64,000 bases of DNA from an uncultured Selenomonadales bacterium (GCA_905200615.1 CAJKLB010000003.1:5692-69691), one strand, 5' to 3'; shown: positions 1 to 9,618, counted from the stretch's first letter. Numbers and translations: made by a program. The notes: generated by a model not told the origin, from the letters alone.

Positions 1-395
1 GGCGTCGGCACTGCCGTCGAAGGAACCGGAGTTTCAACAGCAATTTGCGCGTTCGGCGTATTTCCCGCTTCTAATTTATTTTGCCGGCAAAAATCAGCTA
101 ACAGCTCCCTGTCGTCGCCGTAAGCCAACACCGTATAGGCTTTTCCATCTTCTATAAAAAAGATACCGCATTTTTTTGGTTTTCTGTCCAAAGAAGACGG
201 CAGACAAAGTACCGTCTTTCCGGGAGGGAAAGCGCCGGATACCAGCCCCGCGTCCGTGGCGGCCCACATATATTGACCGCTGCGTGAAATTTTTTGGAAA
301 CAAACTGTCATATTGCGATAACCGTTTTCAAATTTAAAAAAGCCTTCTCCGCCGAAGTTATCGTTGCCGTTTAAAACAATCAAACTGTCCGTCAT
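1..395 (-). CDS. hypothetical protein; only the N-terminal ~131 aa are visible because the gene runs off the left edge
   Basis: Absent from the ORF track because it is open-ended. Manual minus-strand translation from the ATG at 395 (MTDSLIVLNGNDNFGGEGFFKFENGYRNMTVCFQKISRSGQYMWAATDAG...) stays open to base 1. A GAGGTG Shine-Dalgarno lies 8 nt upstream. It starts 50 nt after the stop of the amidotransferase gene on the same strand. Confidence 0.5.
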   Translation of the reverse strand, partial: MTDSLIVLNGNDNFGGEGFFKFENGYRNMTVCFQKISRSGQYMWAATDAGLVSGAFPPGKTVLCLPSSLDRKPKKCGIFFIEDGKAYTVLAYGDDRELLADFCRQNKLEAGNTPNAQIAVETPVPSTAVPT

Positions 396-445
396 AATTC
401 AACACCTCTGTAAAGCGTATGAAACGGACAAAAGAAATATGTACG

Positions 446-1069
446 TTAGTCAAAATATCCGTTCTTTTGCAAAGTGTTCTTTAAAAATTTTTTCCAAAAT
501 CGGAGAATACGACGGTCATTCATTCGTTCGGGATGAAACTGAACCAAAAAGATTCCGTTTCCTTCGGCGGCTTCAGGTACATTGTCACAATACGCCGTCA
601 GTACGAGGGAAGGCGCCGGTCGTTTTACCGCCTGATGATGCGACGAGTTTACGATCGCCTGCGCGCCTAAAATCCGGTGTATCCGCGATCCGGGAACCGT
701 GCGGATCAAATGGCGTGCCTCGCCGCGGTGCTTTTGAGCCTCAGAAAGATCTGTTATCGTTCCGCCCAAAAACGCGTTAATCAGCTGCATTCCGCGGCAA
801 ATGCCCAAAACTGCTCTGTTCTTACGCTGCTTAAAAACTTGATGCTCCAAAATGTCCCGATAAAGATCAAAGTCGTGTCCGATTGTTTCCGACGAAAAAA
901 AGACGGGCCACAAGTCTCCGCCGCCGGAAAAAAGAATGCCGTTTGCTTTTTCCAGCTTAGGAATATCCCGCATACGGCTGATAAGAACAGGTTCCAATCC
1001 GGCCTGTTTCACCCATTTTATATAGGTAACAGGAATTCTGCCCCGTCGGCAGGTTATTGCTATTTTCAT
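446..1069 (-). CDS. class I glutamine amidotransferase / gamma-glutamyl-GABA hydrolase family (peptidase C26, PuuD-like)
   Basis: 207 aa ORF. Nucleophile-elbow motif GICRGMQLIN and HHQAV...FLVQFHPE, typical of the C26/GATase-1 family. Confidence 0.85.
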   Translation of the reverse strand: MKIAITCRRGRIPVTYIKWVKQAGLEPVLISRMRDIPKLEKANGILFSGGGDLWPVFFSSETIGHDFDLYRDILEHQVFKQRKNRAVLGICRGMQLINAFLGGTITDLSEAQKHRGEARHLIRTVPGSRIHRILGAQAIVNSSHHQAVKRPAPSLVLTAYCDNVPEAAEGNGIFLVQFHPERMNDRRILRFWKKFLKNTLQKNGYFD

Positions 1070-1437
1070 ATGATCACCTGCTTTATTCTATGCGAAAAAC
1101 GATAAGAAGGACTCTGCCGGAAAAAGTTTTTTATAAACAAGCGAAAAAATAATGCCGCATTTTTTCCGCGCAGCGGCTCTCACGCTCATCAAATATCTGT
1201 ATAAAAAAAATGAAATGCTTTCTTCATTTATTAAGCCGAACTCAATAAAATAACGGCATAGAAAAAACCGCGAACGGGTATGTAGCAACCGGCCGTCGCG
1301 GCGTAAAATCCGTAAGCACTATTGATCCGAATCATAAGGATTCCTGTTTTTTCGTTTTTTTGCAAAACGAGGATATTTTTAATAAAATCCTCCGTCATGT
1401 TTGTTCTATCGCCTTGTCTTTTTTTATATTGTCCGGC

Positions 1438-3384
1438 TCAATCTTTTTCAGATAAAATCTGTGCTAAGCGCAAAAAAGTAAAGCGGCGGCGCACATACGG
1501 AGCATAAGTAAGAAGACATTCCTTTATCTGTTCAGATAGGCCGATATCGCCGAGGGTACAAGGCGCGCCTACCGCTCGGAGCCACATGCGTATCTGCTCG
1601 CCCGAAGGCAAATCCGATAAAATTTTCTTAATTTCTCCAAACGCTCCGAGAAGCTTTTGCGATGAAATCCCGGAAAGAGGATTTTCTTGGTTTTCCTTTA
1701 AAATTTCTTCCGCCACAGGTCCGAACACCTTTCGGATCTCCTCTACCGGTAATGCGGTATTTTGCGAAACAGAAATTCCCGATCCGAGTTTTTGCGCCAG
1801 CTGTCGGTAACGATCACAGCAAAGTGCCAGACCCACGCCTACCTTTTCCCCATGCAACGCACCGTTGGGTCCGTTAATAATATTCATTTCAATGAAATGG
1901 GAAATATGATGCTCCGCTCCGGAAGCCGGGCGTGAATTTCCGGCCATCAGCATCGCGATGCCGGAGAGCACCAGTCCGTACATCAAATTTTCTATGGCTT
2001 TGCTCTGCCGCTTTTTTATTCCCTCAATATTAGCAAGAAGCTCTTGTATGGCCTTTTCCTCCAATGCGACGATATGGTCACAGTAATATTCGCCGGTTAC
2101 CAAATGACTGATTTTCCAATCCGCCAGCGCAGTATATTTACCTAAAAGATCCGCGAAACCCGCATGAATCAACCGTAACGGCGCGTTAACAAGAACCTCG
2201 GTATCGGCAGCCATTGCCACAGGGCATACCGCCGGAACCGTATTTTTCGCGCCGCGCAGCGTCATGGCCGCTACCGGCGAAACAAAACCATCCACACTGG
2301 GAGCAGTGGGAACGGAAATAAAGGGAATTTTTCGTTTATACGCGATATAGCGGGTTATATCGTGCAGTGTTCCCGCGCCTACAGCCAACAGCAGATCACA
2401 TGTCTTGGCCAACGCGTTCTCAACGGCTGCCACAGCTTTTTCATCCGCATGCAGATTATTCGGATCTAAACAAACGATCTGCGCAACAGCGCAAAGTGTT
2501 TCTACTTTTTTTCCGGCAGCTTCATAAGTGTTTCTGTCACAGATCATACAAATTTCCCGAAAATCGCCTACCTCTTTAATCAAACGCGGCAACTCTTCCA
2601 GCGCGCCGGATTTTAAAAGAATTTTCCGAACAGATACCCGATGCGTTTTTCCGCAAGTACAGGAGAACTCCCCCAACAAACCATCAAAACGATTGATTTC
2701 CTTTTGTCCGTAATAAGCATTTTCACCGTGCTTACGGAAAAAATGTTTTTCCAGCAGCGCACGGCTAACCTCTTCCGCCTGAGGTGTCAATTGCAGCGTA
2801 TACACCGCCATTTTCGCGATCTCCTCCAGTACCGCAATATTTTCCACCGCTTTTTTCGGCGTAGCCCCCCAAGCAAACGGACCGTGGCCGGCCGCCAGCA
2901 CCGCCGGTATTTGTTCATAGAAATTTTCCGAAGTCTCTATGATCACCTTCCCGGTATTTTTTTCATAATCGCCGTTGATTTCCTCCGCTGTCAGCTTGCG
3001 CGTACAAGGAACAGCGCCGCAAAAAGTATCGGCATGTGTCGTTCCCAGCGGCGGAATTGATTTTTGCGCCTGTGCAAACGAGGTGGCAAAGGTTGAATGG
3101 GTATGCACCACGCCGCCGATTTTCGGAAAATTTCGATACAGCTCAAGATGTGTTTCCAAATCCGATGAGGGACGCAGTGTTCCTTCCACAACTTGGCCTT
3201 CCGAATTTACCAGCACAATCTTCTCCGGTGAAAGCTCCTCATAAGGCACACCGGAGGGTTTAATCGCCACAATTCCCGTTTCCCGATCAATACCGGAAAC
3301 GTTTCCCCAAGTGAAAGTAACCAAGCCGTACTGCGGCAGCATCCTATTGGCTTCATAAACTTTTCGTTTCAATTCTTCAAGCAT
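1438..3384 (-). CDS. fusion protein: L-ribulose-5-phosphate 4-epimerase (AraD, class II aldolase fold) + Fe-ADH-fold sn-glycerol-1-phosphate dehydrogenase (AraM/EgsA-like)
   Basis: Start moved to MLEELKRKVYEAN (AAGGAG 7 nt upstream). The N-terminal ~230 aa follow the E. coli AraD pattern (TFTWGNVS, IKPSGV, RPSSD..THLELY, GGVVHTHS, LGTTHAD). The C-terminal ~400 aa carry G1PDH/Fe-ADH motifs (AVGAGTLHDITRY, ISVPTAPSVDGF, GFADLLGKYTALADW, GAEHHISH, HGEKVG). Confidence 0.85.
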   Translation of the reverse strand: MLEELKRKVYEANRMLPQYGLVTFTWGNVSGIDRETGIVAIKPSGVPYEELSPEKIVLVNSEGQVVEGTLRPSSDLETHLELYRNFPKIGGVVHTHSTFATSFAQAQKSIPPLGTTHADTFCGAVPCTRKLTAEEINGDYEKNTGKVIIETSENFYEQIPAVLAAGHGPFAWGATPKKAVENIAVLEEIAKMAVYTLQLTPQAEEVSRALLEKHFFRKHGENAYYGQKEINRFDGLLGEFSCTCGKTHRVSVRKILLKSGALEELPRLIKEVGDFREICMICDRNTYEAAGKKVETLCAVAQIVCLDPNNLHADEKAVAAVENALAKTCDLLLAVGAGTLHDITRYIAYKRKIPFISVPTAPSVDGFVSPVAAMTLRGAKNTVPAVCPVAMAADTEVLVNAPLRLIHAGFADLLGKYTALADWKISHLVTGEYYCDHIVALEEKAIQELLANIEGIKKRQSKAIENLMYGLVLSGIAMLMAGNSRPASGAEHHISHFIEMNIINGPNGALHGEKVGVGLALCCDRYRQLAQKLGSGISVSQNTALPVEEIRKVFGPVAEEILKENQENPLSGISSQKLLGAFGEIKKILSDLPSGEQIRMWLRAVGAPCTLGDIGLSEQIKECLLTYAPYVRRRFTFLRLAQILSEKD

Positions 3385-3511
3385 CGCGTCTTTCTCCTTA
3401 CCGATTGACATAAATTTGATTATATATATAATAATACACGAAATAAAAAAGTGCAATACATAGCAATAAAAACTGTCCTTTTAAAGCAAACAGAAAGGAG
3501 CCAGCACAAGA

Positions 3512-4132
3512 ATGGCACAAAAAATTTATTTGATATTTTCCATCACTCCGTTTAAAACAGGTTCCTTTATTCGGGCAATGACCCGTTGGCAATATAATCA
3601 TGTAGCAGTGGCGCTGGATAAAGAAATGAAACAAATGTACACTTTTTCCAGATATTATCGATCCGTTCCTCTCTACGGCGGCTTTGTAAGGGATTCTAAA
3701 GAAAGGTATATTCACAAAGAAAGAGCCGCTTATGTTAAAATCTGTGAAGTTCCTGTCAGCGACGAAGGCTACCAACTAATAAGAGATTACATCGATGTCA
3801 TCAATCATCATTCAGCAGACTATATTTATAATATCTTTTCGGCTATGGCCGTACCGTTGAAAAAACGTATCCTGATTCCCAATGCTTTTACCTGCGCTGA
3901 ATTTGCAATACAAATTCTAAGCATGGCCGGCACCAGTATTGAGCGGGATCGCTTTTATTCCATTGATGAGTTGGTACACTTTTTTGATAAGAATACCGTT
4001 TACGAAGGCATATACCGTTTTGAAAATACTCTTCCCGAAAATAATTTCGAAGACAAGAAAGGCTTATGGTTTAATTTAAAACATACAGCCGGAGGAATTA
4101 AAGCGTTATTGATACGTTTGCGCCATTTGTAA
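3512..4132 (+). CDS. hypothetical protein, possibly a permuted papain-like (NlpC/P60-LRAT/YiiX-type) hydrolase
   Basis: 206 aa ORF with AAAGGAG upstream. A His (YNHVAVAL) precedes a Cys motif (FTCAEFA), the order seen in permuted NlpC/P60 enzymes. The family call is tentative. Confidence 0.5.
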   Translation: MAQKIYLIFSITPFKTGSFIRAMTRWQYNHVAVALDKEMKQMYTFSRYYRSVPLYGGFVRDSKERYIHKERAAYVKICEVPVSDEGYQLIRDYIDVINHHSADYIYNIFSAMAVPLKKRILIPNAFTCAEFAIQILSMAGTSIERDRFYSIDELVHFFDKNTVYEGIYRFENTLPENNFEDKKGLWFNLKHTAGGIKALLIRLRHL

Positions 4133-4288
4133 AAATCATAAAACAGCCTATCCATTTTTTCGATAAGCTGTTTTTTTGCTTTATAAAAAGCAGACCGATA
4201 GAATAAAGAAAATAATGATACAAATAATACGGTTTTATGCTGACCAAAATCTGAAAAATATTTTTTAAATACTATCTTTTAAAAAATA

Positions 4289-4317
4289 TTGACTTTTACT
4301 TTTAAATATCCTATTAT
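4289..4317 (+). promoter_or_regulatory. sigma-70-type promoter (TTGACT-17 nt-TATTAT) about 380 nt upstream of the ABC transporter
   Basis: TTGACT at 4289-4294 and TATTAT at 4312-4317 with a 17-nt spacer, in an AT-rich context. Confidence 0.55.
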
Positions 4318-4694
4318 AGTTGCAGAAGATACCGCAAAAAAGCTGCGTTTTTTCAAGAGAAAGAACCGTTGGGGCATGGCAGCTTTATCAAAAACAACCT
4401 ATTGTTTCGCGGTAAAAAAGAAACGCGCGTCAAAATTTTCCCTCAATATAAAAACGCCTTCCTTAAGCAATTGTCCGCAAAAGTCAATTTTCAAGTCGAT
4501 GCAAAAAATAAGAAAAGTTAATACAGATCGGTTTTTCAAACAAGAGCTGATAACGCAAGACTTCCAATTTTTCAAATCGCATGAAGAAAGAAGTTACGCA
4601 AAATAACGGTCGATTTTTGCGCGTTATGAAAAAATTCCGGTATAACCGAGAAAAAAATAGTTTTAATTAAAAAAAAAAGAAAGGACAAACAACG

Positions 4695-5408
4695 ATGAGC
4701 GAACCCATTTTGCGCTGTACCGACGTTACCAAAAAATACGGCGCGCTTACCGCGCTTGATCATTTCAATCTGGAACTGCCCAAGGGTAAAATTATCGGTC
4801 TTTTAGGTCCTAACGGAAGCGGAAAAACCACGTTAATGAAGCTGTTGGCAGGCTTGCTGATCCCTACGGCGGGCAAAATAGAAATTGACGGCAAAGAGCC
4901 GGGGCAAGAAACTAAAGCCTATGTCTCTTATCTGCCGGATCGGCTGTATTTCAGTCCCTCGGTAACCGTAAACTACTGCCTATCCTTTTTCAGCGATTTT
5001 TATGCTGATTTTGACCGGGCGCGCGCAGAAGATATGCTCCGCCTGCTGGCGGTACCGGAAAAGGCGAAACTCAGATCGCTTTCCAAAGGAACAAGAGAAA
5101 AAGTACAGCTGGTGTTAGTCATGGCCCGCAAAGCCAAACTTTATCTGCTGGATGAGCCGATAGGGGGCGTGGATCCCGCGGCAAGAGACTATATTCTGAA
5201 CACCATTGTTCACAATTATCATCCCGAAGCTTCGGTTATCCTCTCAACGCATCTGATACAGGACGTAGAACCGGTGCTGGACGAATTTATTTTTATCAAT
5301 AACGGCCGTCTGTTTGTACACGATACCGTAAATACCGTGCGCGAACAAAAAGGGATGTCGCTGGATCAATTTTTCAGGGAGGTGTTTCGATGTTTTCCAA
5401 ATTGCTGA
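4695..5408 (+). CDS. ABC transporter ATP-binding protein (ABC-2 exporter type)
   Basis: Walker A GPNGSGKTT, signature-like LSKGTREKV, Walker B LYLLDEP, and an H-loop STH. Confidence 0.9.
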   Translation: MSEPILRCTDVTKKYGALTALDHFNLELPKGKIIGLLGPNGSGKTTLMKLLAGLLIPTAGKIEIDGKEPGQETKAYVSYLPDRLYFSPSVTVNYCLSFFSDFYADFDRARAEDMLRLLAVPEKAKLRSLSKGTREKVQLVLVMARKAKLYLLDEPIGGVDPAARDYILNTIVHNYHPEASVILSTHLIQDVEPVLDEFIFINNGRLFVHDTVNTVREQKGMSLDQFFREVFRCFPNC

Positions 5409-6205
5409 ATCATGATTTTATCAATACTCGGCGCTATGGCTTTCCGATACTTTTTTTAATTTTGTGCATGGGCATTTTAGGCTGTGTTTTCTCTTTTTTG
5501 TGCATAAAAGTTTTTCCCCCGTCTAATGCCTCAACCGTGCAGATATTTTTCTTTATATCCGGCACCACCTTGCTTTCCCTTAGTATTATCGGTCTATTTG
5601 CTCTGTGCGGACTGATGATGATTTTTATGATGATATATTTTTATAAAAATCTGGTCACTGACGAGGCTTATCTGACCTTTACTCTGCCGGTATCTCCCGC
5701 GCAAATTCTCTCCTCAAAGCTGTTTACGGCTTTTTTCTGGAATATGATTTCCTGGATAGCCGCCGTTTTATCTTTTACACTGATGCTGCTTCCCGGTTAC
5801 TTTACGGCATCTCCGGCGTATGAATATCTGCATACTTTATTCCAGTTTTATACTGTCCACCAGTGGATAACCGCCGTTTTATGGCTTATAAACTTCATTA
5901 TTTCCAATCTCAGCACCATGCTTATGGTTTACGCCGCCATTATTCTGGGCGCCGTCATTGCCAGAAAGCATAAAATCGCCGTGGCGATCGGCTTGGTTTT
6001 TGCTGTTTCCGCCATCAAAAGCACCTTTGTGTCATTATTTAATTTATCTTCCACTTTGTTTTATGACGCGCTTTATCTCCAAAACGGCATCTCAAACTAT
6101 TATGATATAAGTAATATTTTCATGATAATTATCAATGCTGTTTTTTCCATTGTATTTTTCTTTCTTTCCAAATATCTGCTGGAAAAAAAGCTGAATTTAG
6201 AATAG
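5390..6205 (+). CDS. ABC-2-type polytopic membrane permease partner
   Basis: 271 aa with at least 6 hydrophobic helices. It overlaps the ATPase gene by 19 nt, which suggests translational coupling. Confidence 0.7.
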   Translation: MFSKLLNHDFINTRRYGFPILFLILCMGILGCVFSFLCIKVFPPSNASTVQIFFFISGTTLLSLSIIGLFALCGLMMIFMMIYFYKNLVTDEAYLTFTLPVSPAQILSSKLFTAFFWNMISWIAAVLSFTLMLLPGYFTASPAYEYLHTLFQFYTVHQWITAVLWLINFIISNLSTMLMVYAAIILGAVIARKHKIAVAIGLVFAVSAIKSTFVSLFNLSSTLFYDALYLQNGISNYYDISNIFMIIINAVFSIVFFFLSKYLLEKKLNLE

Positions 6206-6350
6206 CGTTTATAAAAAGAAGTTATTCCTGTGCCCCTACGGAGTGTAATCCGCTGCCGCAAAAAATACTGAGCCCGCAATGTAATCATACATTACGGGCT
6301 TAATGATATATCTCTGTGAGCTGTAAAACAAATGCTTACCCTTTGAAAAT

Positions 6351-6932
6351 CTATTGTTTCCCTTTCAACAGCGGCGAGATGCGTTTATATATTAAAAAAG
6401 TAACCGCGGCGTCAAGCATATATTTAATAAAATTAAAAGGAATATTGAAAACGGTCAATGCCTGAGCCAAAGAACGTATGGAAGGCATAAAAACACGGTA
6501 AGCGGCCAAAATGGCTTCCATGGACATAAAGTTCGTATAAAAAGGATATGTGATAAAATAATTGACCGGCAGGCTGATGATCGCCGCGCTCAGCGCGCCC
6601 GCCGCGGCTCCGATCAGCGCGCCTTTCTTGCTCTTGTTTTTTTTGTATAGGATTCCCGCGGGCAGCACAAACGCGATCCCCAGCAAGAAATTCGCCAATT
6701 CCCCCACGCCGCCGGTAGAAGTATGCATCAAATGAATTAAATTTTTTAAAAGGCATACCGCTGCGCCCCAAAGCGGTCCGGCCGCGAACGAAGCAATCAA
6801 TGCCGGGAGCTCGGAAAAATCAAGCTTGATAAACGACGGCATGATAAAGGAAACCGGCATCTCCAACAGCATCAGCACATAAGCAATGGCCGTAAAGATC
6901 CCCGTCAATACAAGTTTTCTGGTATTTTTCAT
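6351..6932 (-). CDS. ribU: ECF transporter S component, riboflavin type (RibU)
   Basis: 193 aa with six hydrophobic helices. N-terminus MKNTRKLVLTGIFTAIAYVLMLLEMP..IKLDFSELPALIA is typical of RibU. An FMN riboswitch sits directly upstream. Confidence 0.85.
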   Translation of the reverse strand: MKNTRKLVLTGIFTAIAYVLMLLEMPVSFIMPSFIKLDFSELPALIASFAAGPLWGAAVCLLKNLIHLMHTSTGGVGELANFLLGIAFVLPAGILYKKNKSKKGALIGAAAGALSAAIISLPVNYFITYPFYTNFMSMEAILAAYRVFMPSIRSLAQALTVFNIPFNFIKYMLDAAVTFLIYKRISPLLKGKQ

Positions 6933-6970
6933 AAAAATCCCTCCGTTTTTTCCTCGAAGCGGGCGGCGAT

Positions 6971-7000
6971 AAAAAAATCCCCCGAAGAGCCTTCAGGGGA
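6971..7000 (-). terminator. intrinsic terminator forming the expression platform of the FMN riboswitch
   Basis: Minus strand reads CCCCTGAAGGCTCTTCGGGGG followed by ATTTTTTTAT, between the aptamer and the ribU start. Confidence 0.75.
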
Positions 7001-7011
7001 CGCAAAAAAAG

Positions 7012-7150
7012 CATCGCAGAGAATTTCTTTTATCCGGACTGTACCGTCGGTAACGGAATCTCACCGTTTCTGCTTTCGCTCGCGGACTTGTGGTCTAAAA
7101 CCCATTACCGCCGGTGGGGAATCGCACCCCGCCCCGAAATCTCGCCTTTA
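7012..7150 (-). promoter_or_regulatory. FMN riboswitch (RFN element) aptamer
   Basis: Minus strand reads GGGGCGGGGUGCGAUUCCCCACCGGCGGUAAUGGG...AGUCCGCGAGCGAAAGC...ACGGUGAGAUUCCGUUACCGACGGUACAGUCCGGAUAAAAGAA. This matches the conserved RFN core segments. Confidence 0.9.
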
Positions 7151-7186
7151 TTATATAACCGTTAAAAAGAAGCCGTCAAGCACTTT

Positions 7187-8275
7187 TTACACGTTAAAGC
7201 GGAACAGCGTAATATCTCCGTCCTGCATTACATAATCCTTACCCTCGGAGCGCACAAGACCGTGCTCGCGGGCCGCGGCATAGGAGCGATACTTCATAAA
7301 ATCATCATACGCCACGATTTCGGCGCGAATAAAACCGCGTTCAAAATCCGAATGAATTTTTCCCGCCGCCTGCGGCGCCTTGGTTCCTTTGGTAATGGTC
7401 CATGCTCTTACCTCAGGCTCACCGGCGGTTAAAAAAGAAATCAACCCCAGCAGCTTGTAGCTTGCCCTTACCAAACGATTCAGTCCGCTTTCCTCCAGGC
7501 CGTACTCTCCCAAAAATAACTCCCGTTCCTCCGGCTCCAGCTGCGTAAGTTCTTCCTCAATGCGGGCAGAAATCGTCAATACCTGATCGCCGTCCTTTTC
7601 CGCCAAAGCCATAAGTTTTTTCACGTTTTCGGGCGTTTTTGAAATATCCTCCTGCGAAATATTGGCCGCATACAGGATGGGCTTGGTGGTCAAAAGGAAA
7701 AAGCTCTGTGCAAGCTGTTTTTCTTCCTTGGTCATTTCCATAGCGCGCACGGGCTTTTCGCTTTGCAGCTGCCCGATCATCCGCTGCAGCAGCTCTACCT
7801 CAGCCTGCGCGTTTTTATCATTGCCCCGAGCGGCCTTCTGCGCCTTTTCCAGTCTCTTTTCACAGGTCTCAAGATCCGCTAAAATCAGTTCCAAGTTGAT
7901 CGTTTCCACATCGCGCACAGGATCAATAGAGCCATCCACATGAATGATATCCGCGTCTTCAAAACAGCGTACCACATGCACAATCGCGTCGACTTCCCGT
8001 ATATGCGAAAGGAACTTGTTCCCCAGTCCCTCCCCGCGGGACGCCCCACGGACAAGACCGGCGATATCCACAAATTCAATATACGCCGGCGTGATTTTCT
8101 GCGGATGATAAATTTCCGCCAATTCGTCCAGCCGCCGATCCGGTACGGCAACAACGCCCACATTGGGTTCAATGGTGCAAAACGGATAGTTGGCCGCCTC
8201 AGCACCGGCATTGGTGATCGCATTAAACAGCGTGCTTTTGCCTACATTCGGCAGACCTACTACGCCTAATTTCAT
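7187..8275 (-). CDS. ychF: redox-regulated ribosome-binding ATPase YchF
   Basis: Start moved to [19 protein letters not shown] (AAGGAGG upstream), giving 363 aa. It has the G1-G4 motifs and the C-terminal TGS-like ...[14 protein letters not shown]. Confidence 0.95.
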   Translation of the reverse strand: MKLGVVGLPNVGKSTLFNAITNAGAEAANYPFCTIEPNVGVVAVPDRRLDELAEIYHPQKITPAYIEFVDIAGLVRGASRGEGLGNKFLSHIREVDAIVHVVRCFEDADIIHVDGSIDPVRDVETINLELILADLETCEKRLEKAQKAARGNDKNAQAEVELLQRMIGQLQSEKPVRAMEMTKEEKQLAQSFFLLTTKPILYAANISQEDISKTPENVKKLMALAEKDGDQVLTISARIEEELTQLEPEERELFLGEYGLEESGLNRLVRASYKLLGLISFLTAGEPEVRAWTITKGTKAPQAAGKIHSDFERGFIRAEIVAYDDFMKYRSYAAAREHGLVRSEGKDYVMQDGDITLFRFNV

Positions 8276-8412
8276 AAAAAGCCTCCTTATGCGTGCTTTA
8301 AAAGCGCACAAAAAAATTTACAACGCCTGTATTATAATATAAAACCGCATAAATAGCAAAGAATTATTTGACCAAAACCCGTTTTAGGTGTAGAATGAAG
8401 TCAAAATTTAAT

Positions 8413-8576
8413 GCAGAGTAGATGGTATGCGCTGAAGCAATGTCAAAAGCCGCGAAAAAGGCGGAGGGGAAACACCTTTTGCAGCAGGGGCAGCGCTTCT
8501 TAGTGTTACGGGATGGGAAGTTGCCCGTAAACAAGAAACGGATTTTCCGTTTGTGATATACCATTGCATCCGCTGC
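8413..8576 (+). promoter_or_regulatory. THF (tetrahydrofolate) riboswitch aptamer, long variant
   Basis: Conserved ends GCAGAGUAGAUGGUAU ... AUACCAUUGCAUCCGCUGC. P1 (GCAG/CUGC) and P2 (AUGGUAU/AUACCAU) are perfectly complementary, and the conserved UACGGGAUGGGAAGUUGCCCGUA hairpin is present. It lies directly upstream of a folate-type ECF S component. Confidence 0.72.
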
Positions 8577-8630
8577 AAAGGATGCCATTACTCTCCTTAA
8601 AGCAAACGGTCCGCCGAAAAGGCGGACGTA

Positions 8631-9359
8631 ATGAAAGGAGATTTTTTTGTGGAGCAAAAAAAACAAAGTATATTTTCATCGGTGTATTGGGTACAGGCGG
8701 CAAAAGAGCTGACAAACGTACGAATTCTGATCTTTACAGCCTTAATGATCGCCCTGCGTGTGGCTTTAAAATCCACTCAGATTCCCGTTGTACCCAATCA
8801 ACTGAATATCGGCGTAGGTTTTTTAGTAAACGCGCTGGGCGCCATGACTTTCGGACCGGTCGTTGCCATTATCGCCGCGGCCATCAGCGATACGGTAGGC
8901 GCTTTTCTCTTTCCTTCAGGCGGTTATTTTTTTCCGTTTATTTTTGTGGAAATTGCCGGATCGCTTATTTTTGCCCTGTTTTTCTATAAAAGAAAGGTTA
9001 CCATTCCCCGTATTATTTTGGCTCGTTTGGCCGTAGTTGTCGCGTGCAATTTTATTTTAAATCCCATGATTATGCGCGTATATATCGGAGAATCGTATCA
9101 ATTGATCACGGTGCTGCGCGTAGTAAAAAATATCTGTATGTTCCCTGTGGAATGTCTGCTGCTAATCCTGTTCTTTCAGGCCATACTTCCGGTTTTAAAG
9201 ATAACCGGATTTTACCGGGAAGAAATTGTGCCGTTAAAGCTGAGCCTGTGGAAAATTATTCTTTTAGCGCTGATTTCCATTCTGGCGGTAGCCGCCTTTA
9301 TGTTCTATCGGGAAATCACTAAACCCGGAACTTTCCCTTTTTTAAATTTTATTCACTGA
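8631..9359 (+). CDS. folT: ECF transporter S component, folate family (FolT-like)
   Basis: A hydrophobic protein of about 240 aa (…TALMIALRVALKSTQIPV…GFLVNALGAMTFGPV…). The true start may be the in-frame GTG at 8649, which is 8 nt after the AAAGGAG at 8634-8640. Confidence 0.75.
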   Translation: MKGDFFVEQKKQSIFSSVYWVQAAKELTNVRILIFTALMIALRVALKSTQIPVVPNQLNIGVGFLVNALGAMTFGPVVAIIAAAISDTVGAFLFPSGGYFFPFIFVEIAGSLIFALFFYKRKVTIPRIILARLAVVVACNFILNPMIMRVYIGESYQLITVLRVVKNICMFPVECLLLILFFQAILPVLKITGFYREEIVPLKLSLWKIILLALISILAVAAFMFYREITKPGTFPFLNFIH

Positions 9360-9571
9360 CTCTCTTTGTTTGCAGCGCGGTATTTTCCGCAGAGATAAAA
9401 AAGCGGCTATCCGCCGCTTGAACCAACTTCAATAAACTACAGAGAAATTCCCGATTCCCCGTTTTTCAGCGGTGCTCTTGCAAAAGCCCCCCGGAAAACC
9501 GATTTCTCGCATGTCAAAAAAACAAAAAACTTTGCTCTGCAGCAAAAGATTTTTGCTTGACGGTAGGGCTT

Positions 9572-9618
9572 GAGGCTGTTTCTATGGTTAAAAAATCATA
9601 GAAACAGTCTCTTTTGTT
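9572..9618 (+). terminator. strong hairpin plus T-run (intrinsic terminator) in the folT / four-helix-bundle-gene intergenic region
   Basis: GAGGCTGTTTCTATG-(10 nt)-CATAGAAACAGTCTC followed by TTTTGTT. Confidence 0.55.

Noticed and set aside
4289-4606. A 105-aa ORF upstream of the ABC transporter.
   Set aside because: Its TTG 'start' is the -35 hexamer of the promoter. The product is Lys-rich and low-complexity. There is no RBS.
8364-8715. Minus-strand ORFs of 100 aa and 69 aa between ychF and folT.
   Set aside because: They overlap the THF riboswitch and the ychF promoter region. The riboswitch explains the sequence conservation pattern better.
6351-9359. RibU and FolT lack adjacent EcfA/A'/T genes. 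I considered whether they are orphan transporters.
   Set aside because: Group II ECF S-components normally share an energising module encoded elsewhere, so this is expected.
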